From contig NC_083277.1 in NCBI RefSeq assembly GCF_963506605.1, forward strand, positions 9,982,001-10,046,000: a stretch of DNA of 64,000 nucleotides. The letters run 5' to 3'. Every line of letters starts with the position of its first letter. Position 1 is the first letter of the stretch. The translations under genes and the position numbers were made by a program. Origin of the DNA: Zootoca vivipara (taxonomy: Eukaryota). Below are positions 26,437 to 38,306 of the stretch, in pieces. A model generated the notes under the pieces. It was given only the letters and a program-made list of their open reading frames with translations, searched no databases and was not told where the DNA came from.

Positions 26437-27018
26437 GTTGTTTAGTCGTTTAGTCGTGTCCGACTCTTCGTGACCCCATGGACCAGAGCACGCCAGGCAC
26501 TCCTGTCTTGCACTGCCTCCCGCAGTTTGGTCAAACTCATGTTCCTAGCTTCGAGAACACTGTCCAACCATCTCGTCCTCTGTCGTCCCCTTCTCCTTGT
26601 GCCCTCCATCTTTCCCAACATCAGGGTCTTTTCCAAGGATTCTCCTCTTCTCATGAGGTGGCCAAAGTATTGGAGCCTCAGCTTAATGATCTGTCCTTCC
26701 AGTGAGCACTCAGGGCTGATTTCCTTAAGAATGGATAGGTTTGATCTTCTTGCATTCCATGGGACTCTCAAGAGTCTCCTCCAGCACCATAATTCAAAAG
26801 CATCAATTCTTCGGCGATCAGCCTTCTTTATGGTCCAGCTTCATGGATCAATGCCTTGTCGTGGTGAAGGGGCTTGAATAACTCAGAGAAGCTATGAGCT
26901 ATGCCGTGCAGGGCCACCCAAGATGGACAGGTCATAGTGGAGTGTTTTGACTAAACGTGATCCACCTGGAGAAGGAATTGGCAAGCCACTCCAGTATCCC
27001 TGCCAAGAAAACTCCATG
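26437..27018 (-). mobile_element. RTE-BovB LINE 3' end with an inverted 5'-region segment
   Basis: ORF 26442-26771 is the BovB C-terminus (SLEKTLMLGKMEGTRRRGRQRTRW...VHGVTKSRTRLND). The 26841-27018 segment is in the opposite orientation. 11-bp TSD acagaacagtt. Confidence 0.85.
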
Positions 27019-27686
27019 ACAGAACAGTTAGTTGTCGTTAATGTGTGCTGCTATCTCGCAGGGTGCCAATGGAAGCCTAGATGAGCCCTTGAATTTAGAT
27101 AACAGGCCCATCAAGAAGTGGAACGGCAACACCCTGGTCCAGACCTGGCTGGTCGAGTGATTTGGTAAGTCTCACCACACTGGCCAGGGCTAGATTTCCA
27201 GACAGGGAGCATAAAAACATAAGGAGAACCCAATGACCTAGCATCCTCTTCTCACAATGGTCTACTAGCCTTTGATAGTCCACCCTGAATTTGTCTAATC
27301 CTTCTTTAAAGCTACCCAGTTCAGTGGCCATCACTGCTTCCTGTGGGAATGAGTTCCATTGTTTTAAATGTGGTGCATGAAGAAATGCTTTTCTAACTTG
27401 CCCTGAATCTTTCGAAATTCAGCTTCACTGCATGCTCACGAGTTCTAGGGTGATGAGAGAACTTTTCTCTCTCCACTTTCTCCATGACATGCATAATTTT
27501 ATAATCTAGCATGCCACCTCTCTGACTGGCCTCTTCTCTGCGGTGTCCCCAAATGCTGCAAGGGAAAGTGTTTCCTCCCCACCCCCACCTCCCCTCGTGG
27601 AGGGGATGCTCTTGCAGAGGTTTTTTCTTGTGGCCACACCTGACATGGGTTTCTGTTGAAAGTGTGCTCAGGCATATTTCTGTGCA

Positions 27687-27759
27687 GCCTTTTTAGCGCA
27701 GTAGGCAGCGCGTCAGTCTCATAATCTGAAGGTCCTGAGTTCGAGCCTCAGAGAAGGCA
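27687..27759 (+). tRNA. tRNA-Met(CAT), elongator
   Basis: 73 nt, tcagt-ctcataa-tctga anticodon arm, GTTCGAGCC B box, T-run downstream. Confidence 0.9.
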
Positions 27760-28002
27760 GCTTGCAGATCACTTTGTTTTTGCAAAGGGTGGGTGTGCCC
27801 CCTCTGTTTTCTGAGCGAGAGCTCCGAGTGTTTTGTCTTGTGAATTCAAGGACAGGAGTGATGCTTTGGGTGGGAGAGGATGTGTGTTGGTGTCTCAGAT
27901 AAGCCCATGTGCTTGGACAGAGCGAAACTGTCTTTAAAACAAACAAACGAAACCCATTGAGTGAAGGAATGAAAGTCAGGGAGGCGGTGCTAGTTTCATC
28001 TG

Positions 28003-28074
28003 TCCCTGATGGTCTAGTGGTCAGGATTTGGCGCTTTCACCGCCACGGCCCGGGTTCAATTCCCGGTCAGGGAA
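28003..28074 (+). tRNA. tRNA-Glu(TTC)
   Basis: 72 nt tccctga...tcagggaa, anticodon loop ctttcac, TTTT at 28078. Confidence 0.85.
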
Positions 28075-28257
28075 TCCTTTTGCCAGGAAGAAGGAGCACT
28101 AGCCTGACTCTGGCTCCTTTTCAAAGGGTCACAGAATTGTAGAGTTGGAAGGTACCCCAAGGGTCATCTAGTCCAACCCCCTGCAATGCACATTGGGTCA
28201 CATTGAGTGATGTGCTAAGGAAGAAACCTGTCTGCAGACACCTCCACCCTGTCGTAC

Positions 28258-28332
28258 TACCTGGTGGTTTAGTGGTTAGGATTTGGCACTCTCATCACCA
28301 ACACAAACTGGGTTTGATTCCCAGTTGGGGGG
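28258..28332 (+). pseudogene. tRNA-Glu(CTC)-like pseudogene
   Basis: ctggtggtttagtggttaggatttggcactctca...gggtttgattcccag; stems broken. Confidence 0.6.
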
Positions 28333-28527
28333 TCCTCTTTTGTTAGTTTAATTATTTTTTAACAGTTATTTAAAACAGATAAATAACACTAACTAAAATC
28401 CTCAACCCATGCTCACTTTCTGCAAATCACCTTACCTGTTTATCAGCATTCTGAATCATTTTTAAACCTTGTATCAGGGAATCCGAGTTTGGGTGCAGGC
28501 AAAGATGCTCAGCTTGGAAAGCAGAAC

Positions 28528-28608
28528 TCCTTCAAGCTGGATTTGATGCAAAGATGCCTTGACTTGTACACCTACAGTCCTCTGCTCTACCAGCCGAGCT
28601 ATCAAAGG
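28528..28608 (-). pseudogene. Intron-containing tRNA-Tyr(GTA) pseudogene
   Basis: cctttgatagctcggctggtagagcagaggactgtag, then an intron, then a deletion in the variable loop/T-arm. Confidence 0.7.
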
Positions 28609-28654
28609 GCACTGAGATATGGGCAAGCTGGCATGGGGGAGCCTTTGCCCTTGG

Positions 28655-28727
28655 GTTTCTGTAGTGTAGCGGCTATCACATTTGCCTAACACGCAAAAGG
28701 TCCCCGGATCAAAACCGGGCAGAAACA
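28655..28727 (+). tRNA. tRNA-Val(AAC), variant with altered T-loop (may be non-functional)
   Basis: 73 nt gtttctg...cagaaaca, loop ctaacac, T-loop ATCAAAA instead of TTCGAAA. Confidence 0.65.
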
Positions 28728-29050
28728 TGTCTTTTATTTTCCAGCAGCCACACTGAAAACAAAACCCCAGCCAATGAAATGAACAAGAAATCAGTTTTGT
28801 ATGAATCACTGTCTGTGATCGTTATGTACTACAGATGAAGAAAAATACATGCACAAAAGAGAAATGGAGAAGGAAAGCTTCTATACCAGGTAAAGTTAGA
28901 AAATGAAGAGAGGAAGAAAATACAATTCATAACAGTTTTTAACAAATTTCAATTGCCCTTCGAGTAATTGAGCAATTTGCACACCCATAACCCCCACCAT
29001 AGAGCTACAATTCTCAGAGTCCCCTGGGAAAAGGAATAAACTGTTAAACC

Positions 29051-29199
29051 CAGTGCTTTTTTTCTAAAAAAAATGTTTAGAGGTACTCTCATTTTTCCTA
29101 CTCATATTGAAATACTGCCACTCAATGAGGCCAAACTTAGATTCACAAAATGTTTAAGTGGTATGCGTACCCCTGCGTCACTCCCAGAAAAAAGCACTG
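29051..29199. mobile_element. hAT-type MITE nested in another short DNA element
   Basis: TIR cagtgcttttttt / aaaaaagcactg; TSD gttaaacc. Confidence 0.8.
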
Positions 29200-29323
29200 G
29201 TTAAACCACTCTGCAAATTGTCGCTCTGTGAGGAGGATAGGAGTCCCTGAAAAACTCTCTGCACCCTTAGCACAGGGGCAAAAGTAGGCTTTATTTCACC
29301 CAGGCCAAAGACCCAGTTTGGTA

Positions 29324-29934
29324 AATAATAATAATAATAATAATAATAATTATATATTATTTGTACCCCGCCCATCTGCCTGAGTCTCCCTCAGTCACTC
29401 TGGGTGGCTCCCAATCAAGTGTTAAAACAATACAGCATTCAATATTAAAAACTTCCCTAAACAGGGCTGCCTTCAGATGTCTTTTAAAAATAGGATAGCT
29501 GCTTATTTCCTTGACATCTGATGGAAGGAAGTGGCACACAGGGTGGGTGCCACTACCGAGAAGCCCTTCTTGTCTGGTTCCCTGTAACCTCACTTCTCAC
29601 AATGAGGGAACCGGCAGAAGGCCCTCGGCACTGGACCTCAGTGTCTGGGCTGAACAATATGGGTGGAGACGCTCCTTCAGGTATACTGGGTCGAGGCCGT
29701 TTAGGGCTTTAAAGGTCAGTACCAACACTTTGAATTGTGCTCAGAAATGTACTGGGAGCCTGTGTAGATATCTCAGGACCAGTGTTTTGTGGTCCCAGCG
29801 GCCACTCCCAGTCACCAGTCTAGCTGCTGCATTCTGGATTAATTGCAGTTCCTGGGTCACCTTCAATGGTAGCCCTACATAGAGCACATTGCAGTAGTCC
29901 AAGCGGGAGATAACCAGAGCATGCACCACTCTGG
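29324..29934 (-). mobile_element. L2 LINE 3' fragment
   Basis: [21 protein letters not shown]...QNAAARL; (AAT)n tail. Confidence 0.85.
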
Positions 29935-30814
29935 TATAAAAAAAATATCCATGTGCATTTGCACACACAGAGGATGGGAGCATCAATGGCATCCCTCTGG
30001 AGGATCCCTCTGGAGGAGGGGGCGGGGGACAAAAACAAAAGCCAACCTCCCCCTAGTTACAGCTCTGTTTAGCAAGCCAGTTTCCAGGGTTCTTTGCCAG
30101 AAGCCATGACTGTTTAAAATGGTATGTTACTGCTTTAAATGTATAGTGCAGATGGAGGCCCAGGTAATGAAGTTAGGAGCCTCCCATAATGCCTCTGCAC
30201 TTATACAGTCATTCACAAGGGCCTTTTTCTTCTGTGGAAGCAGCAGGCATAGGTCGCATTGACCTGACTGCTCACTGCTGACAAAGCAGAAGCAGAGTAC
30301 CCTCCAACATTTCTCTGATGGAAATAGGGACGTCCCATTCCATAATGATAATTTTACTATTTATACCTCACACATCTGTTTGGGTTGCCCCAGCCAGTCT
30401 GGCCAGCTTCCAACATAAATAAAAACATAATAAAACATAAAACTTTTTTTAAAATAAAAAAACTTCTTTATACAGGATTGCCTTCAGACGGCTCGGGGGT
30501 TGGATAACTCCATACCCTCCAACATTTCTCCATTGAAAATAGGAACATCCTAAGGAAAACCAGGACATTCTGGGATCAAATCAGAAACTGGGATGGCTTC
30601 TCTAAATCATGGATGTCCTTGGAAAATAGAGAAGAGTTGGAGGGTCTGGAGGAGTACTGGCTCATCATTTCTCACTGACAAGTTAAAAGCACCTGCTGGT
30701 GGTGAGAGGCTATTTCAGGCAGCTCAGTGTCATTTCCCAGCTCTGCTCGCCTGTCTTATGAACACCTCCATCCCCAAAACCTCAGACAAAAGGAGGCTGA
30801 GGAAAGCTGCCCAG

Positions 30815-30888
30815 GTCTCTGTGGCGCAATGGGTTAGCGCGTCTGGCTGTTAACCAGAAGGATGGTGGTTCGAGCCCACCCAGGGACG
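30815..30888 (+). tRNA. tRNA-Asn(GTT)
   Basis: 74 nt, anticodon arm tctgg-ctgttaa-ccaga fully paired, GGTTCGAGCC. Confidence 0.88.
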
Positions 30889-30907
30889 GCTGCGGCCAGG
30901 ATTCATG

Positions 30908-30982
30908 GACGAGGTGGCCGAGTGGTGAAGGCGATGGATCCATTGTGCTCTGCACGCGTGGGTTCGAATCCCACCCTCCTCG
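30908..30982 (+). pseudogene. tRNA-Ser(GCT)-type body with the 7-nt anticodon loop deleted
   Basis: gacgaggtggccgagtgg.gaaggcgatgga|tccattgtgctctgcacgcgtgggttcgaatcccaccctcctcg; 75 nt (82 minus 7); TTTT at 30987. Confidence 0.85.
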
Positions 30983-31132
30983 GCCCTTTTCCCCATGGGA
31001 TGCAGGATTTCAGGATGGAAACTTTTACTTAGCTCTGCTGTCTTGACCCCTGGAAAAGGTAAGAGTCAGAATAAAGTGTAGAACTGGAAGACAGGTTCTA
31101 CAAGATTGGCAACTCACAAAATGCCTCTATAC

Positions 31133-31394
31133 CAGGGGTGGCCAACTCCCAAGAGACTGCGATCTATTCACAGAGTTAAAAACTGGCAGTGATCTGCCCC
31201 CGTTTTTTAGGGGTTCAAGTCAAAGTTGTTGAGTTTTTTTTAAGGAAGGAAAGCCCTGTTTTGGGGTTTCGGGGGTCTAAGGTTTTTTTTAGAGGAGCCA
31301 AAGTTATTGAGCTTCTTTGGGGAGAGCCAGTGATCTGGCCACAGACATCCAGTGATGTACCAATAGATCATGATCTACCTGTTGGACATGCCTG
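31133..31394. mobile_element. hAT-type MITE, same family as 15270-15652
   Basis: TIRs caggggtggccaac / gttggacatgcctg; TSD ctctatac. Confidence 0.85.
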
Positions 31395-31654
31395 CTCTAT
31401 ACCATTCACACTTTCTGTTGCAAAGATGCTGCATGGAGTTGCTCTAATGAGGCACTGCAGAGACTGAGGACTTCCCCAGAACCATCACTGGAGAGAAGGC
31501 AGTTAGCTCTAAGTCTGTTGCTGGAAGAGAACACAGGACTGCGGAATCTGGAACTGTTTAACACAAAGCATTCCAGCCAGTAGCAGGAAGCAAATGCCTC
31601 TCACCGTTTTATTTTGAGTGATGTCTAACGGAAAAGCAAAATGCCATTGGCACC

Positions 31655-31726
31655 TAGGAGAGGATGGTTTTGATCCATCGACCTCTGGGTTAGGGGCCCA
31701 GCACGCTCCCGCTGTGCCACTCTGCT
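31655..31726 (-). tRNA. tRNA-iMet body with CCT anticodon (variant or pseudogene)
   Basis: agcagagtggcacagcgggagcgtgctggg-cccctaa-cccagaggtcgatggatcaaaaccatcctctccta; C3:C70 mismatch. Confidence 0.6.
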
Positions 31727-31824
31727 GGATGGCAGGAAAGTGGCCTGGTGATTTTCATCTATTCAGCTCCAGCAGATAAACTTCAGGTCAAGGGAGGCTG
31801 GTGGTGGTGGTGGGGAACCACTCA

Positions 31825-31900
31825 GCTCTCTGCGGCACAATCAGTGAGCATGTCTGGCTCCTAACCAGAAATAAAGTGGTCTGAGCCTACCTAAGGTCAG
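31825..31900 (+). pseudogene. Degenerate tRNA-Asn-like copy
   Basis: ctctgcggcacaatcagtgagcatgtctggctcctaaccagaa...gagcctacctaagg resembles 30815-30888. Confidence 0.5.
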
Positions 31901-31982
31901 GGGTTTGCATGGTGAAGGTGAAGAGCGGCTAATCCATTGTTCCTTGCACATCTGAATTTGAATCTCGCCATCATCAACATTT

Positions 31983-32592
31983 AGAATCATAGAGTTGGAA
32001 GAGACCACAAGGGCCATCCAGTCCAACCCCATGCCAAACACCATCAAAGCATTCCTGACAGATGGCTGTCAAGCCTCCGCTTAAAGACCTCCAAAGAAGG
32101 AGACTCCACCACACTCCTTGGCAGCAAGTTCCACTGCCGAACAGCTCTTACTGTCAGGAAGTTCTTCCTAATGTTTAGGTGGAATCTTCTTTCTTGTAGC
32201 TTGAATCCATTGCTCTGTGTCCGCTTCTCTGGAGCAGCAGAAAACAACTTTTCACCCTCTTCTATGTGACATCCTTTTATATATTTGAACATGGCTATCA
32301 TATCACCCCTTAACCTTCTCTTCTCCAGGCTAAACATACCCAGCTCCCTAAGCCGTTCCTCATAAGGCATCGTTTCCAGGCCTTTGACCATTTTGGTTGC
32401 CCTCCTCTGGACACGTTCCAGTTTATCAGTATCCTTCTTGAACTGTGGGGCCCAGAACTGGACACAGTACTCCAGGTGAGGTCTGACCAGAGCAGAATAC
32501 AGTGGTACTATTACTTCCCTTGATCTAGATGCTATACTCCTATTGATGCAGCTCAGAATTGCATTGGCTTTTTAAGCTGCTGCATCACACTG
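31983..32592 (-). mobile_element. CR1 LINE 3' fragment (ORF2 C-terminus)
   Basis: [30 protein letters not shown]...[10 protein letters not shown] and a CR1 tail. Confidence 0.92.
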
Positions 32593-33021
32593 TTGATCTG
32601 CAGCATTGACTTTTGGCTAGCTATGCTGTCTTTGCTACTTGGGAGGTAAAAGGCAGAGGAAGGCATCTGCCAGCCTGGACTCAAACCAAATCTATCCTCC
32701 AAGGAATGCATTGTCTGCTGCCAGAGGCGAAGCAACCTGCTCGTACCTGGAGCAGCGTCCCTGGCGTGCGTCCGAGGAAACCCTGTGTGGCTGCTCTGCA
32801 CTCTTTGTAGGAAGCACTGGAAATAAATAAACTGATCTAGCAAGACGATTCTTACATTCTTTTAGAAGACATCCCCCCCCCAAACAATAAAAACAACAAC
32901 CCTGCACAACCTACAGTTAATATTTATTCATCCAATTCTCCTGTGGCCATCCAGAACACTCAACAATATTATCTTTAATGCATAGTTAAAGGAAATGAAA
33001 GATTCTTATAAAGACATGGCT

Positions 33022-34986
33022 TCAGCTTGGCTTCCTTTCCACGTGCAGCTTCTGATGACGAAGAAGGCCGCTGCGCCGCGTGAAACATTTCTGGCACTCG
33101 GAGCATTCGTAGGGCTTCACCCCCGTATGGGTTCTCTCGTGCTGAATGAGGTATGACCTGCGACTGAAGGTCTGCCCACAGTCCGAGCACTCATAGGGCT
33201 TCTCCCCTGTGTGGATTCTCTCGTGTTCTGTAAGGACCGAGCTGTAGCTGAAGCTCTTCCCACACTCCGAGCACGTATATGGTTTCTCTCCTGTGTGCAT
33301 GCGCTGGTGTATGAGGAGGTGGGATTGCCTGCTGAAGGTCCTCCCACACTCCGAACATACGTGTTGGTTCGCCCTTGCCTGGATTTCCCGGGGCTGAGGA
33401 GCATCGTAAGGCTGAGGGAACCTTTTCCCAAAGTCCGACCAGATGGAGGGTTTCCCTCCCATGCATTTCCTCTCAGGCATATTGAGGTGCAGCCTCAACT
33501 TGAGGCTCTTGCCCCATTCCGAGGATTTATATGCCTTTTCTGTGGTCGGCAGTCTCTGCTTCTTGAGGACGTCAGAGCTCGGGAACAAGTTCTTCCCGCC
33601 ATCCACACCCGCCTTCTTTCTTTTACGCCGGAGCAGTCCGTCCTGGAAGGCCCTCTTGTGTGAGCCTGTGTGAGCACCCTCACAGAGAAAGGATAGTTCT
33701 GCTGTCTTCCATGGATGGTTTTCTATGTGATTTTCTTCAACCTGCAAACCTCTGGGCATCAGTTCCATTTCAGGATCCTGGGGACTTGGGGAAAGGGAAG
33801 TGTTTTCCCATGATGCAGTGGGGACATCTCCCTTCTTGGGTACTTCTGGCAGAAGAGTCTCTTCATCCTTGGGCTCCTCTTTCACCTTCACTTGCCAGTC
33901 GACAGCTGGAAGGAAACAAGACACCTGTTAAATCGGTCACACGAAGGACACAAAGTGGAGTAAGAACTGATCTATGCATCATAATGAACAGAACAAGTAG
34001 ACCACTCGTTTAAACAAGAACATAGATGTCAACAAAAATCACAAACAATCCTATACATTTCATCAGGGGTGTCAGATAATTCCATCTAAAATGGAAAAGG
34101 GAGTGGAAGTTTCTGTAATCTGGATATTCATCCGAGGCTAGGGACAAAAAATGTGCAGACAAATATGAGTGGTATTCACTATGATCAGTGCTGTTTGAGG
34201 TGCCAGAACTCACCATTAATGTCTCCTTGTTCTCTTATAATTGCAATGGCACCCAACTGAGGAGATGTCAGAACTGAGTTCCAACTGAAAAAAAGTCCTG
34301 ACTATAATACATACAGGGAGGTAAATATGGAAGAAAGCCTTCTTGCAAATATTTGGATCCCAAAACATTTAGGACAGGCTTCCTCAACCTCGGCCTTTCA
34401 GATGTTTTGAGACTACAATTCCCATCATCCCTGACCACTGGTCCTGCTAGCTAGGGATCACGGGAGTTGTAGGCCAAAAACATCTGGAGGGCCAAGGTTG
34501 AGGAAGCCTGATTTAGGGCTTTAAAAGTTGACACCTTGAAGTGGGCCTGGAAAATAACGGTCAACCAGTGTAGCTCTTTTAAGACTTTGTTAGGAAGAAA
34601 AGTGTTTAAAAACAGGATTCCACATCAACAACTCTGAAGTGGTATAGTCTTTCTACTGCCTCATTCAGATCCAACCGAGGAAAACATATTTTTTTAAGGG
34701 GGAGGCAGGAATCTTGACCTCATACCCTATGTCGGTTTCCAAATCGGGACTGTGGACTTTAGGTGCACTCAGAACTTCACACAGGAGGAATGTGCTACCA
34801 CAAGTACCTCGGATGCTCAGTAAATACTTGCCTGGGACAATGGTCTCTCCATCACCTTCTTCTACAGCCTCCATGGAAAGCTTCAACATGACAGTCTCTG
34901 ACAGATGCTGCCCACATGGTGTCTGAAATGAAGGACAGTGAATAATATATTTTCATTCTTTTTATTTACTTATTTCATATGTTCTT

Positions 34987-35037
<51 letters not shown>

Positions 35038-36475
35038 AAGCAAAAAAACCTCAAAGCAGTATAACAAAAACAAAAAAGAACAATAACATTATTAGTAAAA
35101 ACAAGTAAAATGTTCAAAAAATGAAAAACCAACAATAAACTCGAAACACATACGCTTTCCTAGATATCTGGGAAGGTCTGTCTAAACAAAAATGTTTCTA
35201 GCAGGTGCAGAAAATAATAGAACGAAGGTGTCTGCTGGATATCAATACTGCAGTTCCAATGTGTAGGTGCCACCACACTAAAAGACTGATACACACACAC
35301 ACACACAAATGCAGATTGTATTGCTTTTTTGTTAAGGGCTGATTTGTGAGAGGACGGGGGTGGCACTGTGGGTTAAACCACAGAGCCTAGGGCTTGCTGA
35401 TCAGAAGGTCGGCGATTCGAATCCCCGCGGCGGGGTGAGCTCCTGTTGCTCGGTCCCTGCTCCTGCCAACCTAGCAGTTTGAAAGCACGTCAAAGTGCAA
35501 GTAGATAAATAGCTACCACTCCAGCGGGAATGTAAACGGCGTTTCCGTGCGCTGCTCTGGTTCGCCAGAAGTGGCTTAGTCATGCTGGCCACATGACCCA
35601 GAAGCTGTCTCAGGACAAATGCCAGCTCCCTCGGCCTATAGAGCGAGATGAGCGCCGCAACCCCAGAGTCGTCCACGACAGGACCTTACGGTCAGGGGTG
35701 CCTTTACCATCACCTAATTTCTGAGAAAGTTGTGACCCTCAGGATGAAGCAGTTTGCTCACCTGCTCTTTGTGGTTCTCAGACCACTTCAACCTCAGGAG
35801 GAAATCCTCTGCCAGAGCTACCGCCTGCTTGCTGGTCTCTGGCCCGCGTTCCTTGACCCAGCTCTGCATTTCCTCCGGAAGGATCATCAGGAACTGCTCC
35901 AGGATCACCTTCTCCAGGATCTGCTCCTTGGTGTGTCTCTCCGGCTCCAGCCACTGACAGCAAAGTTCCTGGAGATGTCCAAGTGCCTCCTGGGGCCCCT
36001 CAGCCTCCCAATAGGAGAAGCGCCGGAAACGCAAGCGCTGGGCCTCCAAGCCAGTTGGAATGCCCCCCTCTGCTAGGTTCCCAGAAAGATCCTGGCTCCG
36101 GTCAACCTCATGGGATTCTCCATTAACACCCGGCAACGTTTGGACCCTCCACTCTTCACAAGTCCACCATTTGGCGTCTGCAAATCCCTTTATGGAATAT
36201 TTAAAATCCTTAGGGATCTTCCCCAAGTGAGGCCGTGGTGGCAGCGGATTGTCCCATCCTGGCCAAGCGGCGGCCACATCCTTTGGGAACTTACCCCGCA
36301 GAGCTTCCCAGCACTGTTGCAGCCCTCCATCTGGCTCCTGCTTAATTTTGTGTGTGGCTGCTTCCCCAGAAAGCTCTCCACTGGTCTCCACCTGGATGAT
36401 GTGAAGGTCCCTCTGCAGGGACTCCCCTGGTCTGAACTCTGCTGGGTCCACCTTTTCTGTTTTTACTCTAGGCAT
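33022..36475 (-). CDS. SCAN-domain C2H2 zinc-finger protein (ZSCAN-like), about 562 aa, 4 intact fingers
   Basis: Exons 36475-35762 (SCAN: [46 protein letters not shown]), 34922-34832 and 33905-33022 are phase-compatible. Upstream acceptor at 36498; AATAAA(-) at 32923-32928. Confidence 0.85.
34375..34510. mobile_element. Short hAT-type MITE; related copies at ~22487, 40266, 41419, 43268, 52260, 54442 and 57287
   Basis: TIR caggcttcctcaac / gttgaggaagcctg and a shared actacaactcccat core. Confidence 0.75.
34988..35034. repeat. (GT)n microsatellite
   Basis: Direct reading. Confidence 0.95.
35352..35709 (+). mobile_element. Full-length Sauria SINE
   Basis: tRNA-like head (gtggcactgtggg...gattcgaatcc), body, and ccttta(cc) tail. 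Confidence 0.88.
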
Positions 36476-37702
36476 GCTTCCTTGCTTTGCACACGAAACT
36501 GGAAAAACATCCAGCGCAATGTCAGTAGGTCTGCAATTTATTAAAAAAAACAAACGGAAACCAGGTCTAACCTGGTTTCTCGATTTTAGATTCTAATTTC
36601 CTCAATCTTAAATTCATTTCTCCACACAATTTGTTCTTTAATTTCTGCAAATTCCTCTTTATATGCACCACCATTTCCCCCCAACAATTTTGCAAAGCAA
36701 TCACAAAAATATGCATTACTTTGCACAGTTTACCCCAGTACATGCAATTTTATACACATTATCTGGCTGGAGAACAGCACTGAAAAGTGGTATTCAGAGG
36801 CCCCATTGCTGCAGACGCTGGACATAATTTTCAATGGAAGTTAGAACAGAATCCAAAAATGATAGGAAAACACAGAGTATGTGAGGCTGGCCAAGGGAAA
36901 AAGAAACCTACCCCACCCTTGTGCCATTAACAGCTGCATGAATCTGCAAAGGCGAGCAATAACAACAAGAACAACAACAACAACAAACAACAACAATATT
37001 AATAATAATAATATTTTTTTATTTATACCCCACCCATCTGGCTGGGTTTCCCCTGCTACTCTGGGCAGCTTGCAACAAAATATTAAAATACAATAATCTG
37101 TTAAACATTTTTTTTAAAATGGAATTTGCTGCCAAGGAGTGTGGTGGAGTCTCCTTCTTTGGAGGTCTTTAAGCAGAGGCTTGACAGCCATCTGTCAGGA
37201 ATGCTTTGATGAAAAGCTTCCCTAAAAAGGGATGCAAGGGATGCAAGCCATGGCACAGAGGTATCAACAGCTCAGGTCTACCAATCAAAGGCTGCGGTCA
37301 AAAAGGCACAGAAGAGAGGCTGTAAGTTGGCAACCCCAGCGCAGGCTCTCGGTTTCCCTGCTTGCAACATTGCTGCTTCTCTCTCTCCAGCTATTTCTGC
37401 TTCTCCTGCTCTTCCTCTGAAACTAGGGGCTTTGCCTGAAACTCACCCTCTCCTGGCCGTCTTTGCATCACAGCTGCTGGTGATGTCTTGGGGGCCTCCC
37501 ACATTTCAAAAGGCGTGTGCGTGCACCCCAAAAGCCAGTCTCCCAAGAAAGGAGGAGAAGGGAACACAAAGCGGCTGCCTTCTTCACATCTGCCCTTCTC
37601 AAATTCGTGTGCCTCTCTGCCAAGCAGAACTCGATTCATTTAACCCTTTCCTTGTATTTCATTTTGTTGTTGGTTTTTGGAAAAGGCAACTTGCGTGTTA
37701 TA

Positions 37703-38061
37703 CAGGTGAAACTCGGAAAATTTGAATATCGTCGAAAAGTGCATTTATCTCAGTAATGCAATTTATTATTTATTATTTTTCTTTTAATTTTTACAAATGC
37801 TTTCTTTTGGAAATTCCACAGTAATAAAACAAATAGTTACAATAATACAAAAATAAACATCGCTATTACATTTCATTAATTACATTCCATTTATAATTGA
37901 CCCGCCTAACGACAAATAATTACAATTACAACAAATAAAGGCTTGACATATCTTGCTTTGCATGTCATGCATCTATCTCATGTATTGGTTTCACCTTTTA
38001 AGTTGCATTACTGAAATAAATGCACTTTTCGACGATATTCAAATTTTCCGAGTTTCACCTG
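37703..38061. mobile_element. Tc1/mariner-type MITE
   Basis: ~55-bp TIRs, TA flanks. Confidence 0.88.
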
Positions 38062-38168
38062 TATATAAAAGTGGACAGATTAAAAGCAGAAGGACATCGG
38101 GGAGCCTGCTGGATCAGGCCAACGGCACATCTAGGCCAGTATCCTGTTCTCAGAAGGTCCGTCCAGAT

Positions 38169-38306
38169 CATGGGCGTAGCCAAGGGAGGGCAGGGAGGGG
38201 CAGCTTCCCCCGCCATCAATAAAAATGAATAAAAATACATAGCAAACTGAGGTTCTGCCCCCCCCACAAAGGCCTCCCCCCCAAAAAAATCCTAGCTACA
38301 CCCATG
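38169..38306. mobile_element. Short hAT-like MITE
   Basis: catgggcgtagc / gctacacccatg TIRs; imperfect TSD ..ccagat. Confidence 0.65.
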
